DNA of 64,000 nucleotides from Octopus vulgaris (lineage: Eukaryota): the NCBI GenBank assembly GCA_951406725.2, contig OX597819.1, positions 74,462,001 through 74,526,000 of the forward strand, given 5' to 3'. Of the stretch, positions 1 through 12,670 are shown in pieces. Position 1 is the stretch's first letter; the number at the start of each line of letters is the position of its first letter. The position numbers and the translations under genes were made by a program. The notes beneath the pieces are model-generated. The model saw only the letters and a program-made list of their open reading frames with translations, searched no databases and was not told the origin of the DNA.

Positions 1-495
1 TGTGCGACGCCGCAGGGGTGAGCGCTTCAACAAAGACTGCATTGCTCCCACCATGAAGCAAGGTGGGGGTGGTCTGATGGTGTGAGGGGCGTTCAGCTAC
101 AGTGGTGTTGGGTGGCTCTATGCAACATCAACGCAGCAAAGTACGTTGAGATAGTACGGGATACCTCTTTGGTGGCGAGGAGTACTGCTCCAGCAGGACA
201 GCGCGCCTTCCCACACAGCCAAGCTCACAACCGGTTTCTTCAAGGACCATGGGGTGACGGTCATGGACTGGCCTGGCCAGTCACCTGACCTGAACCCTAT
301 TGAGAACCTCTGGAGTCGATTGGGTAAGGATTTGAATGTGCAACAATACAGGAACCGACACGAGCTGTTTGGGGCACTTCTTGCTGCATGGGGGGGCCAT
401 CCCTGCACAGTACCTGCAGGCACTCATAGACAGCATGCCGACCCGCGTAGCAGCTGTCATTGCTGCCAAAGGAGGAGCACCAAGATATTGACTAA
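1..495 (+). mobile_element. Decayed Tc1-family transposase, C-terminal fragment
   Basis: Frames give VRRRRGERFNKDCIAPTMKQGGGGLMV and DWPGQSPDLNPIENLW (Tc1 DD34E motifs), with stops and frameshifts; runs off the window start. Confidence 0.9.
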
Positions 496-652
496 ATTTC
501 ACGATTAATAACAATTATGTGCTGTGCTGGGATATGTTTTAATAAATTTTTGATTAAAAACGAGTTCGTTTCTGATAATAAGTTAATTAAATTAAGAAAA
601 TGTAAGAAAATGTAAAAATTTGAGAAGTGCTAATTAATTTCCGACGCAAGTG

Positions 653-683
<31 letters not shown>

Positions 684-699
684 GTATGTTCGTGTTTCT

Positions 700-1172
700 T
701 GTGTGTGTGTTTGTCTCCCACCATCGCTTGACAACCAGTATTGGTTTGTGTACGTCTCTGTACGAAGCGGTTTGACAAAACATTCCCATAGAATAAGTAC
801 CAAGCTATAAAAATAAAATAAGTGCTGGGGTTGATGCAGTCGACTAAAAATTCTTTAAAGCGGTGCTGCAGCTTGGCCGCAGCATGGCTGCAGCTTGACT
901 GCAGCATGGCCGCAACTTGGCCCCAGCATGGCCGCAACTTGGCCCCAGCATGGCAGCAACTTGGCCCCAGCATGGCCGCAACTTGGCCCCAGCATCGCAG
1001 CAACTTGGCCCCACCATGGCCGCAACTTGGCCCCAGCATGGCCGCAACTTGACCCCAGCATGGCCGCAACTTGGCCCCAGCATGGCAGCAACTTGGCCCC
1101 AGCATGGCCACAACTTGGCCCCAGCATGGCCGCAGTCTAATGACTGAAACAAGTAAAAGAACAAAAGATAAA
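700..1172 (+). mobile_element. SINE family A, 3' half, containing an expanded minisatellite
   Basis: Body CCATCGCTTGACAACC...AATAAGTACC and tail CCCCAGCATGGCCGCAGTCTAATGACTGAAACAAGTAAAAGA recur many times in the window. Confidence 0.8.
866..1135. repeat. 22-bp GC-rich minisatellite, ~12 copies (CCCCAGCATGGCCGCAACTTGG)
   Basis: Direct tandem repeat; explains the 22-aa periodicity of the overlapping ORFs. Confidence 0.95.
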
Positions 1173-1513
1173 ACCACAAGGAAAAGCGTGAAATTAAAAG
1201 AACGCTTCCTTATAATGAAATGGCTGCTCTTCAACTTGGCATTGTCTGCTGGCCGAGAACTTCCAGCTCCATTGTTTTTCAGTAATTGATCGCTTGTTCC
1301 TCCCTTTCTGTTGGTTTCATTTGTTATGGCTGTAAATTTACACAATGGAACAATACGACAGAATAATTTAAAGCACTAACGTTAGATATTCACACACACA
1401 CACACACGCACACACACATTTCGTTGTATAAAATAAATCAAATTTTTATTAAGTCTTTGAACGTCTTTCTAAAGCTAATTGCCAAATGGAAATTCGGCTC
1501 TCTCATATAAATA

Positions 1514-1746
1514 CAGGGTTGGCCAGAAGTCAACTGAGAGTAAATCAAAACCATTTAATTCCAAGATTTATCTCTGTTTAACAACTGAATGAATTTAACA
1601 AAAGCACCTAACTATGAAACAGCATGAAAATAGTTCAAACTGAAGTCCTTCGTGAGTGACACATTTTTCCATTCGAGTCAATATAGAATTACAGAGGGTA
1701 TTTATAGAATTTTGATTTACTGTCAGCTAACTTTTGGCCAACACTG
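1514..1746. mobile_element. Tc1/mariner-type MITE
   Basis: ~36-bp imperfect TIRs (CAGGGTTGGCCAGAAGTCAACTGAGAGTAAATCAAAA / TTTTGATTTACTGTCAGCTAACTTTTGGCCAACACTG); TA at the left end. Confidence 0.8.
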
Positions 1747-1779
1747 TGTGTGTGTATATATATATATATATATACATAT

Positions 1780-2140
1780 TTGCTTGTTTCAGTGATTAGA
1801 CTGCGGCCATACTGGGGCACCGACTTGAATTTTAATCGAATGAATCGACCCTAGTACTTATTTTTGTTTTTAAGCCTGATGCTTATTCTATCGGTCTCTT
1901 TTGCCGAACCTCTAAATTATGAGGACGTAAACAAACCAACACCAGTTGTGAAGCGGTGATGTGAGACAAATACGTGCACACAACGACAGGGGACTTCTTT
2001 CAGTTTCCATCTTCCAAATCCACTCACAAGGCTCTTAAGCCGACCTTGAAGCTGTAGGATAAGACAGTTACCCAAGGGTGTCACGCAGTGGGACTGAACC
2101 CGGAACCATGTGGTTGGGAAGCGAGCTTCTTACAACACCT
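1780..2140 (-). mobile_element. SINE family A, near full length
   Basis: Reverse-strand tRNA-like head (B box GGTTCAGTCCC) at ~2090-2135 and the family tail at ~1780-1825. Further copies at ~14840-14990, 17835-18095, 18960-19340, 56485-56680, 57315-57670 and 61090-61440. Confidence 0.8.
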
Positions 2141-3099
2141 ACACTTAAAAATATCGCGTTTCATTTGGAAAACAAATATTTCTGGCTGTAGTATACTCAG
2201 AACAAACATAATCTATTTTCAACGCAGGTGTATTTTCATGAGACACCACAGCATTTAGAGTACATTTGTACTCTAAATATTTATTAGAGAACAAATGTAC
2301 TCTAATACCTATCCTACAAAACGCGCTTTTAGGTTGCGTGAAACAATTCCGTTCAGGTCCAATTTGGCTTCCATAAGTCTGAAAGACCTGTCCCCTTTCT
2401 GTACAGATATCGACTCATTAATGAGTTGTAGACACGTGGTACTTCGTTATGCAATCATAACGTACTACATAAAATATATTAAATGTTTTCATAAGTCAAT
2501 ACCACGTTCTACTTTTCACATTATTTTATTAAGTTTATTTCTACAGATCTTCTCTAGAAATTATTGCCGGCACTGAGTGTTGCTACGATGAATGAGATCG
2601 AGGACAAAAATGGGTAATGAGTGTATATGCCGTATACCGGGGTGAGTTGCCCCTTCATCAGCACCCATCTAAATCATTCTCGACTCTGAACGCATTGCCT
2701 ATATAGCCACCGCATACAGCGTTAAGTAATTGGATATGCCAATTTACGTATTAGACGCATTCCTGGAGGCTTGTATACAAACAGTAATGATTTGTAGGTA
2801 CGTAGTACTTCGTTATGCAAACACAATGTACTATAAAGCCTATTAATTGTTCAAATAAGATATCGACTCAGTCAACAGTTCACTTCCTTATGTGTAACCT
2901 TGTGAATACTTCGGAGAGGACGAGGCAGGAAGGCGTTGACTGCTCAGTTTGCTGTTAAGGACGGTGTGACTGAAAATGTTTAGCAGGGATTTCTCTGTTG
3001 ATGCTTGTAACGCGGCAGCTTTTCAGAAGTTGGTGATTTTGTAGAGAAACAGTTGAGGAATTAGAGACGTGATACACAACGGGGACGATTAAATGAGTA

Positions 3100-3616
3100 C
3101 CGTAAATCCTCGAGTATAGTTCGCCCTTGAGTATAATACGCAGGGGATTTTTAGGCGGGGAGCTGTACCTCTGAAAAACCTAAACCTTATGTATAATACG
3201 CATTCCTTCTCTAACTTGAGTCGTGCGTAATTAAGCAAGCAGCACCTAGTCGAACAAACACTTCCGCGCATGCGTAATATAATAATGGTGATGTTCTTAA
3301 CTGTTATATGGGAATGTAAATATGTTTGCAAATTGTTTTTGTTAGATGTTATTCTGTGTTCTGAATACTTTTATTTTAATAAATGTTGCTTACTGCAAGT
3401 TATGGATGATTCTTTTATGCTTTCAAGCTTAGCTTAAGATATTTTCGCGCCCAACATCACAAAATGCGTCTGAATAAACATTGCCAGACAGCAAATAGAG
3501 TCTCAGACATTGCTTAGAAAATATTTTTCCTTTTTAACCTCGTATATAGTACGCACTCGGGATTTTGACCTTTAAATTTGGGGGAAAAAATGCGGATCAT
3601 ACTTGAGGATTAACGG
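3100..3616. mobile_element. Pogo/Tigger-like MITE
   Basis: TA-flanked TIRs CCGTAAATCCTCGAGTA / TACTTGAGGATTAACGG; a very similar copy lies at 46922-47437. Confidence 0.9.
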
Positions 3617-4199
3617 TAATATGTAGATTGGGTAGCTATAAATGGAAGTGTATGAATAAGATTAGTTCAGTGAGAAAGCCACGGTTGGAGAAGCGGTAGA
3701 GAGAAGGCAGTCGTGCGGTATTAAGGAGCGTCTGTTAATCTGCCGAGTAGCCTTCATTGGACTGTAGATTAAATTATGTCCTTCAATCTACCGTATAGCC
3801 TTCATTTGGGCTGTAGACTAAATTATGTCTGTTGTAGCAGCAGCAGCTCCTTAAATGACGACTATTAATAATGTCAGTTGTGATTTATAGCACTGTCAGC
3901 AATTACTGGAGATTGAAATATCTTATCTTTTCTGATAACAGAAATTAGTGTTTGGAATACAGTTTTAGTAGTGTTGTAACGTGTCAGAGATAAAGAGATT
4001 TTTTAAGGCCTAACAAGCTAAGCAGCATGAAGGTCGTGAAATGGTTTTGAATATGGACATAAAAACTGTTCTCACTTGCTGCTCTACAAAATTTGGTTAT
4101 TCCTTACATTTGGAGATTTACCATTGATCAAATGGATTTCGAGATACAGTCAGGGTGGCCACTTATTTAGAGATACTTTTGGATACAATGTTGTACGTA

Positions 4200-4445
4200 C
4201 GTGTATGTACACACACGCATACATACACATACACACACATACACACATGCATACACACACGCAGCATACACACGCGCAGCATACTTACACGCAGGCATAC
4301 ACATACGCACGCATACACGCACGCACGCATACACACATGCACGCATACACGTACGCACGTACGCATATACGCACGTATGCGCACACTCACGCGCACACCC
4401 ACACATACGTGAGTGTGTGTGTATGTGTGTGTATGTGTATGTGTG
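4200..4445. repeat. Degenerate (CA/CG/TA)n then (TG)n alternating purine-pyrimidine tract
   Basis: Seen directly. Confidence 0.9.
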
Positions 4446-4657
4446 TCACGAATTGACACATTATATATTCTTTAGGGTAATAAGTTCGAAGGAATATGGC
4501 TAGCCACTTGAAATAAAGAACGCCAAGCTAGAAGTTTTCCAGTATTAAAAGTTTGAATGATAACCGTGAGGTTAACAAACTATATTTTGTCGGACTCTTG
4601 CTTGCTAATGTTACAAACGTGTATACTTACTTATGTACATTCTTATGTTTTTTTTAG

Positions 4658-4846
4658 GTCCTAGTGTGTGGGCGCGTGATTATCCCAAAGCGGCTGGCCA
4701 AAGACAGTCTCCAGTCAATATAGACAGCGGCAGTACGAAAGCCGTGAAACACGATCATGCCCTTAAGGCCGATTATTCGCCTGAACCGAAGATGTCGTGC
4801 GTCAATAATGGACTGACATTTGTGGCCACAATCAACGGAGATAATT
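4658..4846 (+). CDS. CA: Alpha-carbonic anhydrase, first identified coding exon (probably exon 2)
   Basis: tttttag| acceptor and |gtaagt donor, phase 1-1; (G)PSVWARDYPKAAGQRQSPVNID...NNGLTFVATINGDN contains the RQSPxNI motif. Confidence 0.95.
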
Positions 4847-5130
4847 GTAAGTATTACTAATTAGTAATTACTATTAATCCTAATTTGACCATCACTGACG
4901 AGACGAGTTGGACATCATAGAGAAGTGGTAAATCTGTCCAACCGATACCAGTTTGGAAAAGTTACTTTTAAAATGAAGATTGAGTATAACGTATGTTAGT
5001 AATGTTTTTAATGTGTGTTTGTGTGCATAATTATATAGAGGGAGTGAGGGCAATGAACCAAAAAACACCGGAGGGTCAAGTTATAACAAATACTGTATTA
5101 GTTTAACGCTTTAAAAAGAAGGAAGAGCTA

Positions 5131-5164
5131 CTTGACGTTTCGGACGCTCCTCCTTCATCAGAAG
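5131..5164 (-). ncRNA. Minimal type I hammerhead ribozyme motif (PLE type)
   Basis: Minus strand ctt-CTGATGA-a-gga(ggagcg)tcc-GAAA-CGTC-aag; GUC cleavage triplet and palindromic ACGT stem III. Confidence 0.7.
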
Positions 5165-5457
5165 AAAAGTAATGAGAAAGAAGAAAAGTTTGAGAAAAAA
5201 TGGGCGAGTGGTTTGGAGCCAGATATGAATGCAATTTTATGGAGTGAGTGAGTAAAGAGAGAAAGGGTGGGTTGTGTGTGTACACGGATAAAAATGTATA
5301 CGTGTTCTGAGACGAGTATAAGTGGAGGTGTATTGCGTATGTTTGTCTGTATTTTATATTGTGTGAGTATAAATTAGTTGCTCTAATTCTCTGAAGCTAC
5401 TGCTATTTATGCAAAATTGGTTCTTTGCTTCTCTGGGTTTGATATATTGGTGTAGAT

Positions 5458-5567
5458 CAGGGCCGTAACTAGGGTAAACGGCGCCCCGAGCAAGTGTCAA
5501 AATTGCGCCCCCTCAAAGTGGTGCCCATGGCATGTGCCCTGCTTGCCCCACCCTAGCTACGCCCCTG
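5458..5567. mobile_element. Small hAT-like MITE
   Basis: TIRs CAGGGCCGTAACTAGGGT / ACCCTAGCTACGCCCCTG; degenerate 8-bp TSD GTGTAGAT / GTGTAAAC. Confidence 0.75.
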
Positions 5568-5572
5568 GTGTA

Positions 5573-5622
5573 AACACCCCTGATGAGAAGCCAATAAGTT
5601 TCGAAAATCGATTAGCGCTGTT
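5573..5622 (+). ncRNA. Type I hammerhead-like motif (PLE type)
   Basis: CTGATGA-gaagc(caataa)gtttc-GAAA-atcgat-TA with palindromic AATCGATT; stem I is imperfect. A degenerate homolog with shared flanks is at ~7465-7515. Confidence 0.6.
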
Positions 5623-5689
5623 CATTATCGTTTCTACAATTATCAGGGAAATAGTTAGATTTGCCCTGTTTATATGTCTACCGTGCAGG

Positions 5690-6057
5690 TTTCTATATGT
5701 ATGGAGAGGAGTGTATGTGCTTCACACAAGTGTGCGAGTGGTTCAACCGTTTCCAAGATGGACGAAAAAATGTCGATATTGACGAACGTTCTGAGAGACC
5801 TGCAACCAGCAAAACTGAGAAAAGCATCGTAGGTGTGCGTGTAGCTGTGAGGGGAAATCATCGAATCACCATCAGTGAGTTATCAGAGGACGTGCAGATT
5901 AGTTATGGTTCAGTTCAGTATCACTAAAGATTTGGGTATGAGATGTGTGTCTGCCAAGTTTGTGCCAAAACTGCTTTCAGCTGACCAAAAGGACACTAAG
6001 GTTTCAGTTGCACAAGATCTCCTTGATTGTGTCGAGAACTTTGAAAAGTTTGCTTAG
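5690..6057 (+). mobile_element. Mariner transposase N-terminal fragment
   Basis: VCEWFNRFQDGR...DERSERP...RITISELSEDVQISYGSV (HTH) and VSAKFVPKLL (WVPHEL-like motif); frameshifted. Confidence 0.85.
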
Positions 6058-6891
6058 GCCTCTGAGCAGGTATTGTCAAGATCTTGGAAAAATTTGTTGT
6101 AAATAGTGATAGTGAGCAAGAACGCTAAAACTTAGTGCGTATGCACAGCAGAGAACAAGGTCAATCTTTGTCAAGCAGCTTTACTCTGCGTGTTTTAGCT
6201 TCATTACTATGGCAACAGACGGATATTTATTGATCAGACCCTATATATATATGATTTAATTATTTTAATTTCTAAAGTTTGAATCGAAACAGCTGTCAGA
6301 GATTGTCTCATTTTGTAATTAATAATTATTGATTTATCTCTATTTCCTTATTTTTCTTATATATATAGTACATTGATCACAGCTGGTGGATTTCGGGGAT
6401 GAGCTTGCAGCTGTCCCCATCCACTGACCTCCCTATCAACTGAATTCGCATCAAAAGTGATTGAGCATTCAACACACATTTAATGTAATTCATGAACCGA
6501 ATACCCTAAGTATTAAACCACGTGCCTTCACTTACGCTCCCTCGCTCGCATGGCCGAGTGGTTAAGAAGTTTTCTTTGCACTCATGAGGTCCAGGGTTCA
6601 ATACTGCTGTGTAACTATAGAATTCAGGGATCATTTATCTGCTTTGGGTGGATCCTAAACCTTGTGAATGAGAATTAGTTGATGGGCAATATGGAAGAGT
6701 ATTACAATAATTGATCTTATAATTAAGACGCTCTGTTTTGTAATAGTGTCCTAGTGTTTCTGTTTGGGTGTTACCTTTAAAAGCACAAATGTCTTTGAAA
6801 TACTCCAATCATTTGCATAAAAAAAGCCGTCGTTCAGTTTATCAAACCACAGAAATACTCTTTGTGGAGACTTAGATAAATAAAACGTATA

Positions 6892-7094
6892 CAGTAACCC
6901 TCGACTATCGCGGGTGTTATGTTCCAAAACCTCCCTCAGAAATGATTAAAATCTAAAAAAATCAATACCTATCGGCTGCAGAAACCCGCGATATACTGAG
7001 GAGTCCACCATATAAATTGACATATATTAGCCAGAAAAATCCATGGTGTACTGAGTGCACGATAGGTAAACCGTGATATGGCGAGGGATTGCTG
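6892..7094. mobile_element. Tigger-like MITE
   Basis: TA + CAGTAACCCCTCGACTATCGCGG ... CCGTGATATGGCGAGGGATTGCTG imperfect TIRs. Confidence 0.7.
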
Positions 7095-8732
7095 TGCTCT
7101 GATATAAAGATTTCAACATGTCATGGCGATTGTACACATAAGCATTCCTTTGAGGGGATCCTTTTCTGTGTGTTTCTCTGTCCCCCCTCTCTCCCTCTCC
7201 ATGTCCATTCTTTCTTTCAGAAAAAGAGTCTATATATAAGACTCTCCTTTCTTTTTAACCATTTCCTATGCACAAACTTAATACACCGTTTTTGTTTTTC
7301 ATTTCTCTTTGTTTTTGTTTCTACTTTGTTTTTTTTACCTCGTCTTCGTGTTATATTTTTTGCATCATATCTTAGTAGCTCCATTTTTTCCTGTAGCTAC
7401 TGTCATTGTTGCGTATATGAACAGATTGACAGCTTGTTTCTCTGAGATTGGTCAGATTGATGTCGACGCCTCTGGTGAGAATCCGATAATGTTCAAAAAT
7501 CGATTAACATTGTTCGTCCTTTTCCCAACCTACAGAGAAACAGTTAAAGTAACCCTGTTCATAAAAGTACCCTATAGGTTACATATATCATACCATCATA
7601 CTTTGATGCCGTGTGGACTAAGAGTCCCTTTGACAGGACCCCTAATATTTATGCAAATTAGTAACCCCAGTCTTCTGTGACTGCAGGATTTGTTGAGTCT
7701 GTAAACAGATTGGTTGCTTGATTGATCAAATGGATGTGAACCCTCTGAGAATTCAATGATCTGAAAACCGATCAACCCATTTTAAACCACTGTCCTCGTT
7801 TGAGGACAGTTGTATTCGGTTTATTTACTGCAGTAAAGGTTAACTGGACGCTTCCGTATGCTTGTTATCCCTATTTATATAACTATCTTCAAAATTTCGT
7901 TAGGGCTGACCTAGGTTAAAATGGGTTACGGTTTTTTATCACATTTTCAATCCATTAAGAAGCAGATAAATTAGCCACGTCTGGTGATTTATGACATGTA
8001 TCATTTTTCCATGTTGGCATGGATCTGACAGTTCTACAGGAGCTGGTGACCCAGAGAACTGCACCAACCACTGCTGTCTGCTTTGACATGGGTTCTACAG
8101 CTGGATGCTCTTCCTGATACCAACTACTTTACAGAGTGTACAGGGTGCTTTTTCCATAGCACTGGCACTAGTGGAGTCACCAAGTAACCTCCAAGAAAAA
8201 GCCCCTCAACTGAGTGGGGGGGAGTACTATTGAGGGAGGGGATTTTGTGTCAGGTGTTGATAGAGGGACAGAAAAGGCGTCTTGTTTTTGGCGGGTACTT
8301 GGTCATCTCAATCGGAGAAGAAGATGGGGGTGGTGAAGATGGGGCAGGACATACCCTCAAGTTACAGAAGGGGTTGGACATAAGGGAAGTGGTATGGGTG
8401 GGTAAGTGGAATTGTGAAGAGAGGCGAGGGGAAGGGGTGAATGCCGAGAGTGGTGGACACGGGTAGAGATGAGGTCAATCGTGAACATCAGTTGGAGGGG
8501 AAGGTGGATCATGTAGATGTAGGCCAGGGGACAATACGTGGCAGCAGAAATGTTGTAAAGCGTGTGGGGTGGAACGCATGTGTACACACACACGGACGTA
8601 CGGACACGGGCGGACGGACGGACGGACGGACGGACGGACGGACACGGACGGACAAACAGAACCTGTACAGCTAAATAGAAAATGATATAATATTGATGAA
8701 CTCAGGATGTGTATATCATTTCTCTATTCCCA

Positions 8733-8781
<49 letters not shown>

Positions 8782-8826
8782 CAACTGAATGTGTATAATT
8801 AATGCTTTTATCTATTTTCTCTCCAG

Positions 8827-8948
8827 TCATTAGTGGTGGTCCGTTGGATACAAAGAGCTACAAACTGGCAAGTTTCCACTTTCATTGGGGCAGCAATGAT
8901 TCCCATGGTTCTGAACACACAATAAACAGCCAAGCATACCCGGCAGAG
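8827..8948 (+). CDS. CA: Alpha-carbonic anhydrase exon (Zn ligands His94/His96, Glu106)
   Basis: ctccag| ... |gtaac; (F)[40 protein letters not shown]; phase matches the previous exon. Confidence 0.97.
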
Positions 8949-9675
8949 GTAACATCTTAAGTGTGTCTTTTTATATATATATAAACCAGTTTTTAAAATG
9001 TCCTTACTCTTCACCACAAAAGAAATCTATGTACAAATAGACCGAGTTGTATTAGGTAAACTTATACGTACATACATATGTGTGTGTGTGTAACATGCTC
9101 CCTTCAGTCTCTATCTACGAATTCCACTCATGCGGTTGTGATCGGGCCCGACGCTGTAGTAGATGACACTTGCCGGAGGTGCCACGCAGTGAAACTCGAC
9201 CCAAATCCATGCATTTGGGAAACAAACAATGCTTGAACCTTTATATATACACACACACACATTAATGAAATGAGGAAACAAAATTCCTGTTAAAAAATAC
9301 TTTACAATGAAGAGAAAAATAAGCTCAATAATCAATGTTAATCAAATTTGGTGAATAATGAAGGGAAACAACTCCGAAATGTTCGGTATAAAGATTAAAT
9401 ATGCAGCATTATTATCTTAATGGAATCAGATGAGGAGGTTGAAAGGGTTGTCGTTATAAAAATTATAATACAATATATAATGAAAGAAGAGTTAAAAATC
9501 CCGTCCAATACTCTATAAGCTTTCTGTGAGGAAAACAAATTTGGCTAACTGAATTGTCCTATGATAAATATAGAAGTTCACACAATCCATACTTTAACAA
9601 GCCGTCAAATTTGACAGATGACGGTAAACTTGGCATGGCGTTACTTGTACCTTTATATGTATGTATATATATTTG

Positions 9676-9733
<58 letters not shown>

Positions 9734-10078
9734 TGTACAAACATGCAATAAAAACTTATGATAGCATGAAATTATAACATTATCACAATTTAGTCATGAT
9801 CAGCTTAAGTGAAACCGGTTTCAGCTGAGTTGGTAACAAAAGGTTAAACTGATATTCAACCCTCTAAGCTTTCTTTCAATTAGCATCTTTTAATTACAAG
9901 CCCCTTCTTTCCTTCGTTGTATTTCCTTATACAAAGTGGTCTCAAGCCTTGTTTCAGACACAATTATATAACAACATAAGGTGTTCAGCTTTGGTTTATA
10001 GCATGATTCTGATTTTATTTCGTTTTGTATTTTTAAAAATTTCATCCTCAACCTTTAAATGCTTCTTTGAAATTTCAG

Positions 10079-10174
10079 TTACATTTGGTTCACTGGAACT
10101 ACAACAAATACGATACATTTGCAGAAGCTGCAGCTGCCGATGATGGGTTGTCTGTCTTAGGTGTCATGCTAAAG
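10079..10174 (+). CDS. CA: Alpha-carbonic anhydrase exon (Zn ligand His119)
   Basis: tttcag| ... |gtacat; LHLVHWNYNKYDTFAEAAAADDGLSVLGVMLK. Confidence 0.97.
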
Positions 10175-11237
10175 GTACATTTTTGTTCTTCTAAATTGGT
10201 ACTGATCCTGCAGATCCATGATCAAAAACATTCCACAGCCATCACCATCCTTCCTCCCTCCTACTTTTCAATTAGTCTATCTAGGACTACATTATCAAAT
10301 ATGTTCTTCATTTATTAAGACAGTAAGATGTGATTTGAGGAGGATTTGGCTGCTATTCTTTACAAGTCAAGTAACTTCCTTGAATAAAGGAGTCTCTCTT
10401 CAAATTAAGACCAATCTGTGAACTGCAAAAATTCCATATTTTATAATACTTGGGGTCATAACAAGTAAGCCTAGTTGGCGCTAGGAGCCTGATGTAAATA
10501 GTGCACAGGTTTATGAAATCTCAATGAAGGTGAGTGATTAGGGTGTTGCACTGACAATCACAAGATTGTGGTTTCAATTCACAAGCCAGATGGAAAAGAA
10601 ATAAGATGGAATTTTGTGTTTTTGAGAAAAGCCCTTCCTTTCCATATTGTTCCAGTCCATTCAGCTGTTGTGATCTCAGTTGTTCACCATGGAAACTGGG
10701 CAATCTGCCCTATAAGTAAGGTCCTGGGGTTCATCATGATGATGAAGATTGTTTAACTCTAGGTCATTCCTGACTAGAAAAAGCCTATCATCAAAGGCTT
10801 TTGCTTCTAAGATCATATCTTTTTATATATATTTAGGACTACATTTTGCAGAACGTGTGGTTTGTTTATAAGATGGTGGAATAGTATCTGAGAAATTTGG
10901 TTGTTATTTCTAGCACATGAAGCAGCTATATGGTGGCACTGTTGCTGGTTAATGAAATTATCCATAATTTGATAAGATTGACTCAACGAACTGAAACATC
11001 TCCGGCACCATTTCTGACATTGTACAGTTGTGAGAAATCACTTGAGGACAGGGCAATGTGTGGAATTATTGAAGAGAGGGACCAACAATCCGTTCCTGTT
11101 TGATATGTTTTGTCTCTTTTGTCCTTTTTAGGGTCAATAAAGGTTTGTGTCAGTGAAGGACTAGAAGCATTTCAATTGTTTTGCTCCTTCCTGAAACACT
11201 CTAGCTTTGTGCTTAGTTCAAAAAATACTTTTTTAGT

Positions 11238-11259
11238 TTTGTTGTTGTTGTTGTTGTTA

Positions 11260-11311
<52 letters not shown>

Positions 11312-11325
11312 TATCATCATCATCA

Positions 11326-11372
<47 letters not shown>
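11238..11372. repeat. Compound trinucleotide microsatellite (TTG)n(TTA)n(TCA)n(TTA)n
   Basis: Seen directly. Confidence 0.95.
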
Positions 11373-11374
<2 letters not shown>

Positions 11375-11419
11375 AGTGGTGAGCTGGTAGAATTGTTAGC
11401 ATACCAGGAAAATTACTTA

Positions 11420-11960
11420 GCATCATCATCATCCTCATCATCGTTTAATGTCCACTTCCCAAGCTAGCATAGGTTGGACGATTTGACTGAGGACTGGCGA
11501 ACCAGATGGCTGCACCAGGCTTCAATCTGATCTGGCAGGGTTTTGCCGGGGTTGACTTTGCCTTTCATTCTTTCGGGGTTGATAAAACAAGTACCAGTTA
11601 AATACTAGGGTTGATGTAATCAACTCCTCCCCACCTCCCCCAAGCTGCCTTTGTAGCAAAATTTGAAACCATTATTATTATTTGGTGCCGCCTAACTGGC
11701 TCCTGTGCCAGTGACATGTAAAAAGCACCATTCAAGCATGGCCATTACCAGTGCCACCTGACTGGCCCTCATGCTAGTAGCATGTAAAATGCCTCTGCTA
11801 CAGTCTCAGAGTGGTTGGTGTTAGGAAGGGCATCCAGCTGTAGAAACCTCTGCCAGATTAGATTGGAACCCAGTACAGCCTTCTGGCTTGCCAGTCCCCA
11901 GTCAAACCGTCCAACCCATGACAGCATGGAAAACAGACATTAAATGATGATGATGATTAT
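11420..11960. mobile_element. Oppositely oriented RTE-LINE 3' tail fragments around a SINE family B fragment
   Basis: Matches the 3' UTR and (ATG)n tail of the RTE at 63330-63735; 11420-11545 is on -, 11690-11960 on +. Confidence 0.7.
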
Positions 11961-12175
11961 TTAAGGTGGCGAGCTGACAGAACCATTAGCATGCCAGACA
12001 AATGCTTAGTATTTTATCCGTCTTCAGGTTCAGAGTTCAAATTCCACCAAGGTTGACTTTGCCTTTCATCCTTTTGGGGTCAATAAAAGAAACAGCAGTC
12101 AAGTATTGGTGTCGACATAATCAACTCATCTATCCCCTCAAAATTACTGGCCTTGTACTTCAGTTGGACCCAATT
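11960..12175 (+). mobile_element. SINE family B (Nin/Deu-like core)
   Basis: B-box-like GAGTTCAAATTCC then GACTTTGCCTTTCATCCTTTTGGGGTCAATAAAA; related copies at ~21030-21180, 38800-38965, 56690-56880 and 56905-57130. The Nin-domain assignment is from memory of the consensus. Confidence 0.6.
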
Positions 12176-12616
12176 ATTATTTAGAATGGTGAATTGATAG
12201 AATTAAGACAGCATTGGGAAAATGGCTTGCAGGATTTCTTCCAAGACTTTATATTCTAAGTTCAAATCCTGCAGTTGTTGACTTTACTGGTCATCTTTTC
12301 AGGACTAGGGTCAGTGGTAGTGACCATCCTCTCATCCCATCTCCTCCATATTACTGGCCTTCTGCCTAAATTAGAATCCATTGTTATTAGCACCACTGCT
12401 GTCACCTTTCTTTGGGTCATGAAGGATAAAGTGGCAAAGGTCAAAAGGTTGTTTGGTGGATACAACTGAAGGACAGAGCAAAGAGTCCTCCCCTTCAATC
12501 AAACCTTCCTCAACTTTGAGTTTCACTTAGAGAAGAGAGAGAGAGAGATGCTATCTTCCAGTAAACTTGTTGAAAAGTGAATGACAAGAATAACCTGAGT
12601 GAATTGGTTTAATGTC

Positions 12617-12670
12617 AGCCTGCTCCTACAGCCTGCTCCTACAGCCTGCTCCCACAGCCTACTCCTACAG
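12617..12670. repeat. 13-bp tandem repeat x4 (CAGCCTGCTCCTA)
   Basis: Seen directly. Confidence 0.9.

Noticed and set aside
866-1135. CRISPR-like array
   Set aside because: No unique spacers, no cas genes, eukaryotic context.
587-1345. 252-aa ORF and overlapping repeat ORFs
   Set aside because: Open only because of the stop-free 22-bp minisatellite inside a SINE.
2620-2665. Hammerhead on - strand (CTGATGAAGGG...CCC)
   Set aside because: The required GAAA after stem II is missing (GGTA).
11110-11441. Poly-Leu and poly-Asn ORFs
   Set aside because: Trinucleotide microsatellite within a CA intron.
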